A stretch of DNA of 64,000 nt from an uncultured Desulfospira sp. GTDB taxonomy: Bacteria > Desulfobacterota > Desulfobacteria > Desulfobacterales > Desulfobacteraceae. Under the pieces are notes generated by a model. That model did no database searches. It was not told the DNA's origin and was given only the letters and a program-made list of their open reading frames with translations. Position numbers and translations under genes: made by a program. Positions 47,989 through 58,242 of the stretch are shown piece by piece; within the stretch, counting starts at the first letter, position 1, and the number at the start of each line of letters is the position of its first letter. The stretch lies in NCBI GenBank assembly GCA_963663165.1, contig OY760175.1, forward strand, positions 5,056,001-5,120,000. The letters are read 5' to 3'.

Positions 47989-49119
47989 ATGTTTAAGGGG
48001 AAAATAATGAATCTAAAAAATTCTTTACGCGTTGCTGTCGGTTTTTTGGCTTTATTCGTTTGTTCCGCAGTCTGTTCTGCCAGTCAGGATATTGTGGATG
48101 CCATGGGACGAACCGTTTCCATTCCGGACAAGATTGAACGGGTCATCTGTTCAGGCCCGGGGTGCCTGCGCCTGTTAACTTATCTTCAGGCCCAGGACCG
48201 GATTGTGGGCGTGGATGACATGGAAACCCGCCGGACCCAATTTGATGCAAGGCCGTATGCGCTGGCCAATCCAAAGTTTAAAACATACCCGGAGTTCGGC
48301 AGTTTCCGGGGGCACGACAACCCCGAACAGATTCTGGTGCTGGATCCCCAGCCCCAGGTGATTTTTAAAACCTATGCCACCATGGGACACGACCCCATTG
48401 AGCTTGAGCAAAAAACCGGGATCCCCGTCATTGTCCTCAACTACGGCGACTTAGGGGGGCACCGGGACCAGCTGTTCCAGGCCCTTAAAATTATGGGCAA
48501 GGCTTTGGGACAGGACAGCCGGGCCCAGGAGGTCATCTCCTTTTTTGAAACGGCCATTACAGACCTGAAGAACAGAACCCAGGACATCCCGCCGGAAAAA
48601 CGGCCTTCCTGTTATGTGGGGGGCATCGCCTCCAAAGGTCCCCACGGCTACCAGTCCACAGAGCCCGGGTATCCCCCGCTCATGTTCATCCATGCCAATA
48701 ATGTGGCATTTGACAAAAGCCTGAAAGGCAAAGCATTGCTTCACAGCAACGTGGCCAAGGAAAAGATTGTGGAATGGGACCCTCAGATTCTGTTTCTGGA
48801 CCTTTCCACCCTTCAGATGGGGGATAAGGCCGGCGGCCTTTACGAATTGAAAACTGATCCGGCATATTCCGCCTTGACTGCGGTTATGGAAGGCAGGGTA
48901 TACGGCGTGCTGCCCTATAACTGGTATACCAGAAATTTTGGTTCCATCCTGGCCAATGCCTATTATATGGGAAAGCTGATCTTCCCGGACCGGTTCACGG
49001 ATGTGGATCCCAAGGCCAAAGCCGGTGAAATTTATACCTTTCTGATTGGACAGGATGTGTTTAATCTCATGAGTGAAAGCTTTGGGGGGCTTGCCTTTCA
49101 AGCGGTTCCGATTAAATAG
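47989..49119 (+). CDS. Iron-chelate/cobalamin-type ABC transporter substrate-binding protein
   Basis: Signal peptide, VDAMGRTVSIP, IERVIC, LEQKTGIPV; start may be 48007. Confidence 0.88.
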   Translation: MFKGKIMNLKNSLRVAVGFLALFVCSAVCSASQDIVDAMGRTVSIPDKIERVICSGPGCLRLLTYLQAQDRIVGVDDMETRRTQFDARPYALANPKFKTYPEFGSFRGHDNPEQILVLDPQPQVIFKTYATMGHDPIELEQKTGIPVIVLNYGDLGGHRDQLFQALKIMGKALGQDSRAQEVISFFETAITDLKNRTQDIPPEKRPSCYVGGIASKGPHGYQSTEPGYPPLMFIHANNVAFDKSLKGKALLHSNVAKEKIVEWDPQILFLDLSTLQMGDKAGGLYELKTDPAYSALTAVMEGRVYGVLPYNWYTRNFGSILANAYYMGKLIFPDRFTDVDPKAKAGEIYTFLIGQDVFNLMSESFGGLAFQAVPIK

Positions 49120-49130
49120 AAGGACATTTC

Positions 49131-50201
49131 ATGGAACTTGCCCAGAGCATAAATTATGAGGAATACGCCCGGTATGTGGGCCGGAAAACCGCCCTGCTCA
49201 TTGGGGCCGGGGTGGTGCTGGTGCTGGTGGCCGTAGTGAGTATCTCAAAGGGGGCGGCCAATCTGCCGGTGCTGGATGTGGCCAAAAGCCTTTTGGGAAT
49301 GGAAGTGGGGAAACGGTGTGACCTGATTGTCTGGAATATCCGCCTGCCACAGGTTCTGGCCGGTATTGTGGCCGGGGCCGGACTCTCCCTTGCCGGCGCT
49401 GTCATGCAGTCTGTGCTACGGAATCCTTTGGGGTCTCCATTTACCCTTGGCATATCCCATGCCGCCGCATTCGGGGCGGCTTTTGCGGTCATGATCATGG
49501 GAACCGGCACCATGGCAAGCTCCCAGGTCGGGGCCATCACCATATCAAGCCCATATCTCACCACCGGGATGGCCTTTTTATTTTCCATGGGGGCGTCCGG
49601 CGTGATTGTGGCCATTTCCCGGATGCGGGGAGCGTCGCCTGAATCCATGGTGCTTTCCGGGGTGGCCTTAGGGGCTTTGTTTACGGCCGGCACCATGTTT
49701 CTCCAGTTTTTTGCCGATGATGTTCAACTGGCCGCCATGGTGTTCTGGACCTTCGGGGATGTGGGAAGGGCATCGTGGAACGAGCTGGGCGTTCTGTCCA
49801 TTATCACCCTGGGAACGTCGGTTTTTTTTCTGCTCAACGCCTGGAACTACAATGCTGTGGATGCCGGGGATGAAACGGCCCAGGGGTTGGGGGTCCGGGT
49901 TCAGCGGGTCCGGATTCTGGGCATGATCCTGGCCTCCCTGGTCACGGCCGTGGTGGTCTCTTTTCTGGGGATCATCGGATTCGTGGGGCTGGTCTGCCCT
50001 CACATGGTCCGGCGGATTATCGGCGGGGATAACCGGTTTCTTTTGCCCGGGTCCATGCTTTTCGGCTCTATTCTGCTGCTGGGGTCGGACACGGTGGCAA
50101 GACTGATTTTAGCCCCCCACCTGTTGCCGGTTTCCATTCTGACGGCTTTCATGGGGGCACCGGTTTTTCTGGTTCTGATTGCCAGGGGGTATAAAAGATG
50201 A
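49131..50201 (+). CDS. FecCD/BtuC-family ABC permease
   Basis: IRLPQ, LRNPLGSPFTLGIS, GIIGFVGLVCPH. Confidence 0.92.
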   Translation: MELAQSINYEEYARYVGRKTALLIGAGVVLVLVAVVSISKGAANLPVLDVAKSLLGMEVGKRCDLIVWNIRLPQVLAGIVAGAGLSLAGAVMQSVLRNPLGSPFTLGISHAAAFGAAFAVMIMGTGTMASSQVGAITISSPYLTTGMAFLFSMGASGVIVAISRMRGASPESMVLSGVALGALFTAGTMFLQFFADDVQLAAMVFWTFGDVGRASWNELGVLSIITLGTSVFFLLNAWNYNAVDAGDETAQGLGVRVQRVRILGMILASLVTAVVVSFLGIIGFVGLVCPHMVRRIIGGDNRFLLPGSMLFGSILLLGSDTVARLILAPHLLPVSILTAFMGAPVFLVLIARGYKR

Positions 50202-50953
50202 TTTTGGAAATGAGCGGCGTCAAATTCGCCTACAACGGAAGACCAATTCTAAAAGATGTCCGGCTCACTGTCGACCAGGGTGAAATGCTGGTTATCTTGG
50301 GCCCCAACGGCGTGGGCAAAACCACCCTGCTAAGATGTATCAATGCGATTTTAAAGCCCGGGGCCGGCACTATCATGGTGGAAGGGCGGAATGTGCTTAA
50401 AATGACCCCATCGGCCATTGCCCGGCGCATGGGGTATGTGGCCCAGTATCAGGCCAAAAACCGGATGACGGCCTATGATGCGATTCTCATGGGCCGAAAA
50501 CCCCATATCCGGTTTACCACCAGCAAAAAAGACCTTCAGATGGTAGACGATACCATTAAAGCCCTGGGCCTGGAAAACCTGGCCATGCGCCACATCGACC
50601 AGATGAGCGGCGGGGAGCTTCAAAAGGTGGCCGTGGGCCGGGCCCTGGTTCAGGAGCCCCGGCTGATGCTGCTGGACGAACCCACCAGCAGCCTTGATTT
50701 GAAAAACACCATGAACATCCTTAACCTGATCAAAAAGGTGGTCACAACCTACCGCTTAGGTGCGGTCATGACCATGCATAACTTAAACTCTGCATTGCGG
50801 TTTGCCGATAAATTCGTGTTTTTAAAAGACGGCATCATCCATTCGGCCGGGAGAATCAAAGATATCACCGAAGATATGATCCGGGAGGTATACGATATCC
50901 CCGTGGAGATCCTGTATCACAAGGACCGCCCCCTTGTGGTGCCCTTGAACTGA
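50198..50953 (+). CDS. ABC transporter ATP-binding protein
   Basis: GPNGVGKTT, MSGGELQ, LLDEPT. Confidence 0.93.
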   Translation: MILEMSGVKFAYNGRPILKDVRLTVDQGEMLVILGPNGVGKTTLLRCINAILKPGAGTIMVEGRNVLKMTPSAIARRMGYVAQYQAKNRMTAYDAILMGRKPHIRFTTSKKDLQMVDDTIKALGLENLAMRHIDQMSGGELQKVAVGRALVQEPRLMLLDEPTSSLDLKNTMNILNLIKKVVTTYRLGAVMTMHNLNSALRFADKFVFLKDGIIHSAGRIKDITEDMIREVYDIPVEILYHKDRPLVVPLN

Positions 50954-51385
50954 CGGTATTGGGTGTCTAAAGCACCAGCCGCTTTAAATCAAAGAACATC
51001 ACCCTTGTTTCTTTTGCTATGTCTTTGTCATTGAAAAACTGGAAATCATTGCTTAAATAAAATTTCAAAACCCTATCATCCCTGCCGTAGTGCCCCTTTT
51101 TGTATGCGTCAACAGTGATCAACCGGCAACCGGTCCTGTTGTCGGTTATAAAAATTTTCTTTATCAGGTTAATCATTGAGGAGCCCAAATGCTTCTCGTG
51201 AAAAACCTTATGGATACCCAGTCTGGCTATCTTAACCGCGGGATATGCGGGATATCTTTTTTCTGGTGGCAGGTCTGCAAAAAAAATTCTGATTTTTTAT
51301 TTTCCGGCGGGCTACCGAATCATTGCATACACTGACCAGCCCAATGGGGAAAGGTAACTCTACCGTTTGGTCAGTGAATTGATAA

Positions 51386-52764
51386 GGGATGTGGTAAAAT
51401 TAAAACCCACAATTCATTCCTCATAGCATGGAATATCAACAGCCCATTTTTCAATCCCTGGAATCCGAATAATTTTGTTTTCTATATTATTCACGGCGGA
51501 CTTGACCAAACGTACCCCTGTCGGGTAAACACCTTTGATTAATTTGACGACAGGATTTTCTCCTTTCCATGTCATTGTTCGACATAGACCGAGAACCTTT
51601 TCAATTTTGTTCAGCAATTCGCCTTTCCAATGATTTTCCAAAACACCCCAAACTCGCTCTATTGGGTTGTATTTACTGTGGTACGGGGGATAGTACACCA
51701 AACTAATATTTACAAATGCTGATTTGGCAAAGTCCACGAGGCGACTAATGAATTGGCTCCTTCGGCTACTATTTTCCGGCCCATTATCAAGATTGATCAC
51801 CAGTGTATGTGGGGCGAATCTTGCGTTCAAAGAAGGCCAGAGTGATTCCAGCGCATCAATCATGAAATCAGAGGTGATGTTGCTTTCAGTGAAGTACATA
51901 TAATTTTCATCCAGAGCAGGTATGTTGATACCGAAAAGTTTCAAAAGGGAATCGGGTTTAAAATCATGGTCCGCCGCTTTAAGATTGCAACGACTATATC
52001 CGCCTCGGGAATAAGGCCCTATTTTAATAGTGGCTTTTGCGTCCATTGAGATACGTAAAACGCCATCTGTTTCATCGGCTAGTTGGTTTGTCCTATGCAC
52101 ATATTCAAAAATGATGTCTGTTTCAGGAATTTTTTTTTACCTTGGCTTTGGCGACCTTCTTCAGTTTAAAACCCAATTTATTCATTATGGTGGATAGAGT
52201 CCGTACTGTTGGCATATTCTCAGGGTCATATCCCATGTCGTCAACTAATCGACGGAATACTTCATTCGCAGATATTGGGGAATATAAATTCTGGGTACGG
52301 AATGTAGGATCAGTCTGACATATAGGGTTTACAATACGAGTTATGTCCTCTTTTAAATTCGGAAAATGTTCTAAACACGATTTCCGGCCTCGTCCGGAAA
52401 AATTATCAACACAGGTAACTCCGCTTTCTATTTCCCGTCGCCCTTTGATTATTGTTTTCCGATCCCAACCCAGTTCTCTTTCAGCCTTTAGTTGTCCGCC
52501 GTGCCCCATAAGGGAGACAACGCGTGCCATGAATTGGCGCCGTTCATGGCCTTTTAATTTGCTTCGAGTGGTATTCAGAAAATCCTTTAGTGGTGGCGTT
52601 AATTCCGATATAGTTTTGGGTAAATTGTGCTTAGAATGATCAAACATGGTCCTCCTGTATTTTTATGTAATCTTCCATGTTGACCATAAACTATCGATTC
52701 CATGTTGTCTATAGAAATCAGAATTCAGACTATGGAATTGTGGATATTAATTTTTCTGAGGCCC
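51386..52764 (-). mobile_element. ISAzo13-family insertion sequence, 1379 bp, 3-bp TAA target duplication
   Basis: Imperfect terminal inverted repeats GGG-N6-(T/A)AAAATTAA..CCACAATTC; TAA at 51383-85 and 52765-67; transposase inside. Confidence 0.88.
51414..52647 (-). CDS. ISAzo13-family DDE transposase in two frames joined at an A9 run
   Basis: ORFs 52123-52647 and 51414-52100; RISMDAKA, DNGPEN, YYPPYHSKYNPIERVW; KKIPETDIIF spans the junction. Confidence 0.85.
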
Positions 52765-52905
52765 TAAGTTTGAGTAAGAAGTTCTTCTCTGTGGGCGACG
52801 GCGTCCTCTTTGAAAAATTGATTAAGGTCGTCATCCCCACAGTCGAAGTCTTTCAGGTGTTCGAAAGATTTTATTTTTGTGAAAGACCACCCATCTTCTT
52901 CGATA

Positions 52906-53073
52906 CTATTTCTTGTATCGTAGGGCATATTGTTTGATCAGATTTCTGGCCTCTTTCAGCTTTGGGGTTTCTTTTAGCCTTGCTGGTCTGTTGAGGTCAG
53001 CGTCAAGTCGCTTCTGAAATTCTACAGCTTCTTTGCCTTGTAAGACGGGGGTCGGTGCAATAGGCATCGCCAT
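52906..53073 (-). CDS. Small protein upstream of the GNAT gene, putative antitoxin
   Basis: GGAGG RBS, MAMPIAPTPVLQGKEA..F, overlaps the GNAT start. Confidence 0.6.
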   Translation of the reverse strand: MAMPIAPTPVLQGKEAVEFQKRLDADLNRPARLKETPKLKEARNLIKQYALRYKK

Positions 53074-53397
53074 GATCAACCTCCTTCTTTCTTTGGGAAT
53101 CCCCTTTTTATGGTCTTCCCGTGCTTCATTAATAATAACAACAGCCACAGATATTGCAACTATTTTAAATTTTGGTGTTTATAGCCTGCACGGACAGCCC
53201 ATGTCAATAAGAACTTCGCCTCTGTGCCGCTTGGACTGCTACTTGTAGCAGTCACCGACCTGTGCGGAGAGGGTGTCCATTGAATTTAACCAGAGTATCA
53301 TCAATGTCATTATAAGACAGTTACTTATGAATTCAATATTTACAATATACCGGCATTGTTTTTTATAAGATTTTGACGGTATGTGGTGTTTTCACGG

Positions 53398-53895
53398 TTA
53401 ATTGCTCCAGGTTTTTAATCTTTTTTTGCATTCTGCCTGTGGAAGCCTCGGGTTGATTGAGAGAAGCCAAGATAATTTTTCATGGGCAATATCGTTGATG
53501 ATGATATTGTTTTCCAGCAACTGATCAAAAACCCAAAGAATACCATGGGCTCTTACTTGATTTTTTTCAGCAGACTTGCGAAGGGTGGCATCGCCCGTCA
53601 ATAGTCTCCCACCTGTTTCCCGGGCATGATAAAGACATGAACAATCAGGAATAGACAGCCCTTTGTTGGACATGCTCAGCAATTGGATTTCCATCAATTC
53701 CTGGTAAGCAAAACTCTTTTTCTTAAGCAGCCCCTGGTTAATACATGTATCGAGTTTTCCCCGATTCACTTCATGCACCTCCACTGTCACGAGATCCGTG
53801 ACATGAAATTCATAAGGAAGTTTGAAAAACTCATCAAGCAGGTCGATTTTAAGCAGGTCAATTAAAATATTGGCATCATTGACCAGCAGGATCAT
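53398..53895 (-). CDS. PIN-domain protein
   Basis: VNDANILIDL, LSIPDCSC, LLTGD..LR, HGILW. Confidence 0.85.
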   Translation of the reverse strand: MILLVNDANILIDLLKIDLLDEFFKLPYEFHVTDLVTVEVHEVNRGKLDTCINQGLLKKKSFAYQELMEIQLLSMSNKGLSIPDCSCLYHARETGGRLLTGDATLRKSAEKNQVRAHGILWVFDQLLENNIIINDIAHEKLSWLLSINPRLPQAECKKRLKTWSN

Positions 53896-54950
53896 GCGAC
53901 GAAAAGAACCTCTTTATCAAGTTCAGTCAAAGGGATGTCCAACAACTCAGATGCCTTGCTGAAACTGATGACTTCTTCTGCAGCCCCGTGAAGAACCAGT
54001 TGCTTGAACCGGTTGGCCCTCTCCAGGCCCACATATTCTCCAGGTTCTTCTTTGTGCCAACCTCTCTTTCTGGCATTTATGAAAAACGATTTGTAAGTGG
54101 CTTCAGATATGATGTGAAGATTTCTGGCCCTATCCATGATGGCTTGAATAGAGATACCGAAGATTCCTTTCAATTTTTTAAGCTCCCAGAGAGTGATTTG
54201 TGAGCGGGACCGGCCCAGTTCTTTTATGATCACCTCCCCGGGCAGCAGTAGGGCCCCGGCAAAAGAATGGCAAAGATTTTCCACGTCATGCCCCCCTGCC
54301 TCTGAGAAATCAAGCAGCAGATGACCAAGCTCATGAGCCACGGTGAACCGCTTCCGAACCAGATCACTGTCCCTGTAAACGGCCAGCACCGGAAGCTGAA
54401 TATCGGAGGCAAAGCAGGACAGTCCGTCAAAATATTCAAACTCGGAAACCTCAAAGACTTTGAAACCCTTATCCTCAAGGAGTTCAATGAGATGAGGGAC
54501 CGGCCCATTCCCGAGATCCCATTTTTCCCGGATCTCCTGTGCTGCCGCTTCAATATCGGCAAAAGTCCGTATCTTTGGCTGGCTTACCGGGTTGACAAAC
54601 TGAATCTGAAGATTCAGGATTTCCTCGACCTCCAGGTACTTTTGAAGAAAATCAAGGGTCTGGTATTTGATCTGATCTTCTGCCTTCTGGGTTAGTTTGG
54701 ATCTTTTCCGGAACTCAAGCCCGGCAATCACAACGCGGGCCGGCCGAAAAAAATAATCCACTTTAACATCAAGTGCACGGGCCAACGCAATCAAGACATC
54801 ACTGCTCGGATTGATCAACCCCTTCTCATATTTGCTTATTGCCTGTTTGCTGACCACGGCACCGGCTTTCTCAGACAAAGCCGCCATACTCATGCCAGCC
54901 ATCTTCCTTGCAGAAGTTAATCTTTTGCCGAATTCATTGATCATGGTCAT
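53892..54950 (-). CDS. XRE HTH + ImmA/IrrE metallopeptidase protein
   Basis: N-terminal HTH (SKQAISKYEKG), RFTVAHELGH (HExxH). Confidence 0.92.
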   Translation of the reverse strand: MTMINEFGKRLTSARKMAGMSMAALSEKAGAVVSKQAISKYEKGLINPSSDVLIALARALDVKVDYFFRPARVVIAGLEFRKRSKLTQKAEDQIKYQTLDFLQKYLEVEEILNLQIQFVNPVSQPKIRTFADIEAAAQEIREKWDLGNGPVPHLIELLEDKGFKVFEVSEFEYFDGLSCFASDIQLPVLAVYRDSDLVRKRFTVAHELGHLLLDFSEAGGHDVENLCHSFAGALLLPGEVIIKELGRSRSQITLWELKKLKGIFGISIQAIMDRARNLHIISEATYKSFFINARKRGWHKEEPGEYVGLERANRFKQLVLHGAAEEVISFSKASELLDIPLTELDKEVLFVA

Positions 54951-54960
54951 ATCTCCCTTT

Positions 54961-54999
54961 GGTTGACAATTATTATTATTTTATAATATTTTGTCAACC
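54961..54999. promoter_or_regulatory. Palindromic operator upstream of the XRE gene
   Basis: GGTTGACAA-(AT-rich 21 nt)-TTGTCAACC. Confidence 0.55.
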
Positions 55000-55080
55000 C
55001 GGTAAGTTAAAAGCGAATGGCATCTTGGATGGTATCTGGAACGAATTATTGAAGGTAACCCACTAAATTTATTAAAATAA

Positions 55081-55173
55081 TGGCGGAGAGGGTGGGATTC
55101 GAACCCACGATCCCGGTTTTGCCGGGATACTGCTTTTCGAGAGCAGGGCCTTCAGCCGCTCGGCCACCTCTCC
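55081..55173 (-). tRNA. tRNA-Ser(CGA)
   Basis: GGAGAGGTGGCCGAGCGG...CTGCT-CTCGAAA-AGCAG, long variable arm, GTTCGAATC, encoded CCA. Confidence 0.96.
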
Positions 55174-55335
55174 TTGATTTACGTCACCATCCTAATGATT
55201 ATGGCGGCTGTGTCAAGGGTTTAATATATGGGTCGCTTGGACGTCCCCGTTTTCGGGGGGACCGGTTGAGCAAATGAAATTAACCGGGTATGATGCGTAA
55301 GGATGATGCAGTTCATGGGATGCAAAGGAGATGAT

Positions 55336-56850
55336 ATGGCTCAATACATTGGTGCGGTTGACCAGGGAACCACCAGTTCACGGTTTATTATCTTTGATGA
55401 ATCGGCAAATATCGTGGGGGTGGCCAGGAAAGAACACAAACAGATTCTGGAGCAGCCGGGCTGGGTGGCCCACGACCCCATGGAGATCTGGGAAAACACC
55501 TGTGAGGTAATTGAAAAAGCTTTGGCCCATGCCGGCGTCACCGGATCTGACCTGGCCGCCATCGGCATTACCAACCAGCGGGAGACCGCCATGGTATGGG
55601 ATCGGCAGACCGGTCTGCCGTTGTACGATGCCGTGGTCTGGCAGTGTACCCGAAGTGACCGGATCTGCAAGGATCTGATCAAAAACGGCGGCCAGGACCA
55701 GTTTAAAGAGAAGACTGGCCTGCCCGTGTCCACCTATTTTTCAGGCCCCAAACTCAAGTGGATTTTTGACCATGTGCCCGAAGCCCAAAAGGCGGCCAAA
55801 CTAGGCCGGGCCATGGTAGGAACCATTGACAGCTGGATGATCTGGAACCTTACCGGGGCAAAGGATGGGGGAACCCATGTGACGGATGTGACCAACGCGG
55901 CCCGGACCATGCTCATGAACATCCATACCCTTGCCTGGGACCAGGCGCTGCTGGATCTGCTTAAGGTTCCGTCAGAGTGCCTGCCTAAAATTGTGCCTTC
56001 TTCAGACCAGGCCACCTGGGGGACGACCTTAAAATCAGGACCTCTTAAAGCTGAGGTGCCGGTGTGCGGTGCCCTTGGTGATCAGCAGGCCGCACTTTTC
56101 GGCCAGGCCTGTTTTGCCCCGGGGGATGCAAAAAACACCTATGGCACCGGCTGTTTTCTGCTGATGAATGCGGGAGAAAAACCGGTTTTTTCCTCCCATG
56201 GCCTGCTGACCACAGTGGGGTATCAGATGGGAGATCAAAAGCCGGTCTATGCCCTGGAAGGCTCCATTGCCTATGCCGGTGCCCTGGTGCAGTGGCTTCG
56301 GGATAATTTAGGGCTGATCCAATCGGCCCGGGATATTGAGGCCCTGGCCAGGAAAGAGCCCGATAATGGAGATGTGTATTGCGTGCCGGCATTTTCAGGC
56401 CTTTTTGCCCCCTATTGGCGTTCGGATGCCAGGGGTGTTATTGCCGGTTTGACCGGGTTTGCCAATAAGCATCACCTGGCCCGGGCCGTGCTTGAGTCAA
56501 CCGCCTACCAGACAAGGGATATGGTGGATGCCATGAACCTTGATGCCGGGGTACCTTTAAAAGCCCTTAAGGTTGACGGCGGTATGGTTGAAAACCAGCT
56601 CTTAATGCAGTTTCAGGCAGACATCCTCAATACGGCAGTGATCCGCCCTAAGGTTTATGAAACCACGGCCCTGGGCGCCGCCTATGCCGCAGGCCTTGCC
56701 GTGGGGTATTGGAAGGATCTGGATGCGGTTAAACATAACTGGCGCATTCACACCACCTGGCAGCCCCAAATGGCGGAAAAGGAAAGGCAAAAAAAGTACA
56801 GTGGCTGGAAAAAGGCCGTGGAGCGGACTTACAACTGGGTTGAGGAATAA
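55336..56850 (+). CDS. glpK: Glycerol kinase
   Basis: DQGTTSSR, GITNQRET, YFSGPK, GDQQAALFGQ, KNTYGTG, ETTALGAAY. Confidence 0.96.
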   Translation: MAQYIGAVDQGTTSSRFIIFDESANIVGVARKEHKQILEQPGWVAHDPMEIWENTCEVIEKALAHAGVTGSDLAAIGITNQRETAMVWDRQTGLPLYDAVVWQCTRSDRICKDLIKNGGQDQFKEKTGLPVSTYFSGPKLKWIFDHVPEAQKAAKLGRAMVGTIDSWMIWNLTGAKDGGTHVTDVTNAARTMLMNIHTLAWDQALLDLLKVPSECLPKIVPSSDQATWGTTLKSGPLKAEVPVCGALGDQQAALFGQACFAPGDAKNTYGTGCFLLMNAGEKPVFSSHGLLTTVGYQMGDQKPVYALEGSIAYAGALVQWLRDNLGLIQSARDIEALARKEPDNGDVYCVPAFSGLFAPYWRSDARGVIAGLTGFANKHHLARAVLESTAYQTRDMVDAMNLDAGVPLKALKVDGGMVENQLLMQFQADILNTAVIRPKVYETTALGAAYAAGLAVGYWKDLDAVKHNWRIHTTWQPQMAEKERQKKYSGWKKAVERTYNWVEE

Positions 56851-56910
56851 GAAAGTCGGGGGAGACCGGAAACCGGAGACTGGAGACCGGACAGCGGAAT
56901 CCGGCTGGAT

Positions 56911-57777
56911 TTATTTTTTGGAGAATGTAACCAGGTTCAGGGCAAGGCCGCTGCCCACAATGAGAAAAGCCCCGGCAAAAAAGCGAAGGGAAACCGGATC
57001 ATTAAACCAGAGAATGCCGAATAACGATGTCAGCACGGATTCAGATGACATATAGGCGGCCCCTTCAAATCCCTTGCAGTAAAAGAACCCCTGGTTCATG
57101 GCCAGTTGGGCCAGCACGGAAAACCCGATAATACCTAAAATTAAACCCCATTCCAAAAGGCCTGCCGGCCGGATCGGGTGGGCCAGGCTCATGGGCAGGG
57201 TGAGCAACGTTCCCATGGTGCAAAAATAAAGGTAAATGATAACCGGGCCGTTCTTGTGCCTTAAGGATCGGATCAGGGTAACGGTGAGGCCTGCCACCAC
57301 CGCTGCCGCCATTGCCATGGCACGGCCCGCAATACTGCCGGACAGCTTAAAGTCAAATAAAATGGCAACACCCGCTACAAGAACCCCCATGCAGGCAAGC
57401 TGTGTCGGGCTGAACTTTTCTTTATAAATAATCAGGCCGAACATCGCGGCAAATACCGGATATGAGAAAAAAAGGACAATGGCTGTGGACAGGGGGAGAG
57501 CCCTGAAGGCTGAGACCAGTAAGAAAAAGGCAACAGACCCGCTTAATCCCCGGGCAGCCAGAAGCGGTATATTATGGCCGGCAAAGGGATTTTTCCCCTT
57601 GGGGCTTATGGCCAGCAGCACCACCAGTCCCCCCAGACATCTGATGAATCCGATATGCCAGGCCGTATAACCCGGGGGCATGAGTTTGATCATACTGCTC
57701 AAAATGGAAAAACAAAGGGCCGAAGCCAGCATGAATAGAGGGCCGGTCAAACGGCCGGGGTTTGGGGCGGTTGGCAA
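56911..57777 (-). CDS. DMT/EamA-family transporter
   Basis: About ten TM helices in two repeats; LPLSTA..F..PVF...KE. Confidence 0.85.
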   Translation of the reverse strand: MPTAPNPGRLTGPLFMLASALCFSILSSMIKLMPPGYTAWHIGFIRCLGGLVVLLAISPKGKNPFAGHNIPLLAARGLSGSVAFFLLVSAFRALPLSTAIVLFFSYPVFAAMFGLIIYKEKFSPTQLACMGVLVAGVAILFDFKLSGSIAGRAMAMAAAVVAGLTVTLIRSLRHKNGPVIIYLYFCTMGTLLTLPMSLAHPIRPAGLLEWGLILGIIGFSVLAQLAMNQGFFYCKGFEGAAYMSSESVLTSLFGILWFNDPVSLRFFAGAFLIVGSGLALNLVTFSKK

Positions 57778-57916
57778 TAGGTTACCCTGTGGTTTAATGG
57801 TTTTGTTTTTGACAAATCTTTCTAGTGGGTCTTTATCAGGGGAAGGAATCCTTGTAAACGGGATTTTTTATAGAGCTGTCGCCTGTGGCCTGTAGATAGT
57901 TTGCTGTCAGTGCGAA

Positions 57917-57962
57917 TTTATAAGAAACTGGAGACAAGAAACAAGAGACAAGAGGGCGAAGC
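57917..57962 (-). repeat. Fragment of repeat family A
   Basis: 46 bp exact reverse complement of 17783-17828. Confidence 0.85.
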
Positions 57963-58007
57963 ACCTGCGGTGCCCAATTTATAGTCTACCGTTGCGGGTA
58001 TCTTCAG

Positions 58008-58138
58008 TTTCATTATTCGTTGTGGGCTTGTGGCCCATGGCAGTTTATATGAAAGTCTCACTAACTACCCGTAAAGACTTTCAATATTTGTTGTGGGCGG
58101 ATCTTGGTTGGATAATCCAAGCCGTCCGTGACGGTTAT
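58008..58138 (+). repeat. Repeat family B copy
   Basis: GAAAGTCTCACTAAC..AGACTTTCAATATTTGTTGTGGGCGG.TCTTGGTTGGATAA, as at 25224-25371. Confidence 0.85.
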
Positions 58139-58242
58139 AAAAAAGGTGGTTTGCTGAATAGTTACTTTTCAGGCAGCTTTTTTGTATTGATCGGCCCCCT
58201 GCCGCCGGACCGGCGATGCGATCGGCGGCAGGAGGGGATGGA

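Larger units (their letters stand above)
50967..52928 (-). pseudogene. GNAT acetyltransferase gene split by an ISAzo13-family element, with a further homopolymer frameshift
   Basis: 5' part MPYD..FDCGDDDLNQFF..LLTQT (52928-52765); 3' part YQF..NDSV..YPAVKIARLG..TGCRLITVDAY..FY (51385-50967). Confidence 0.85.

Noticed and set aside
52764..52766. Second apparent in-frame TAG, in the GNAT gene
   Set aside because: Created by the IS end (TA from the target plus G from the inverted repeat); the original codon was TAT
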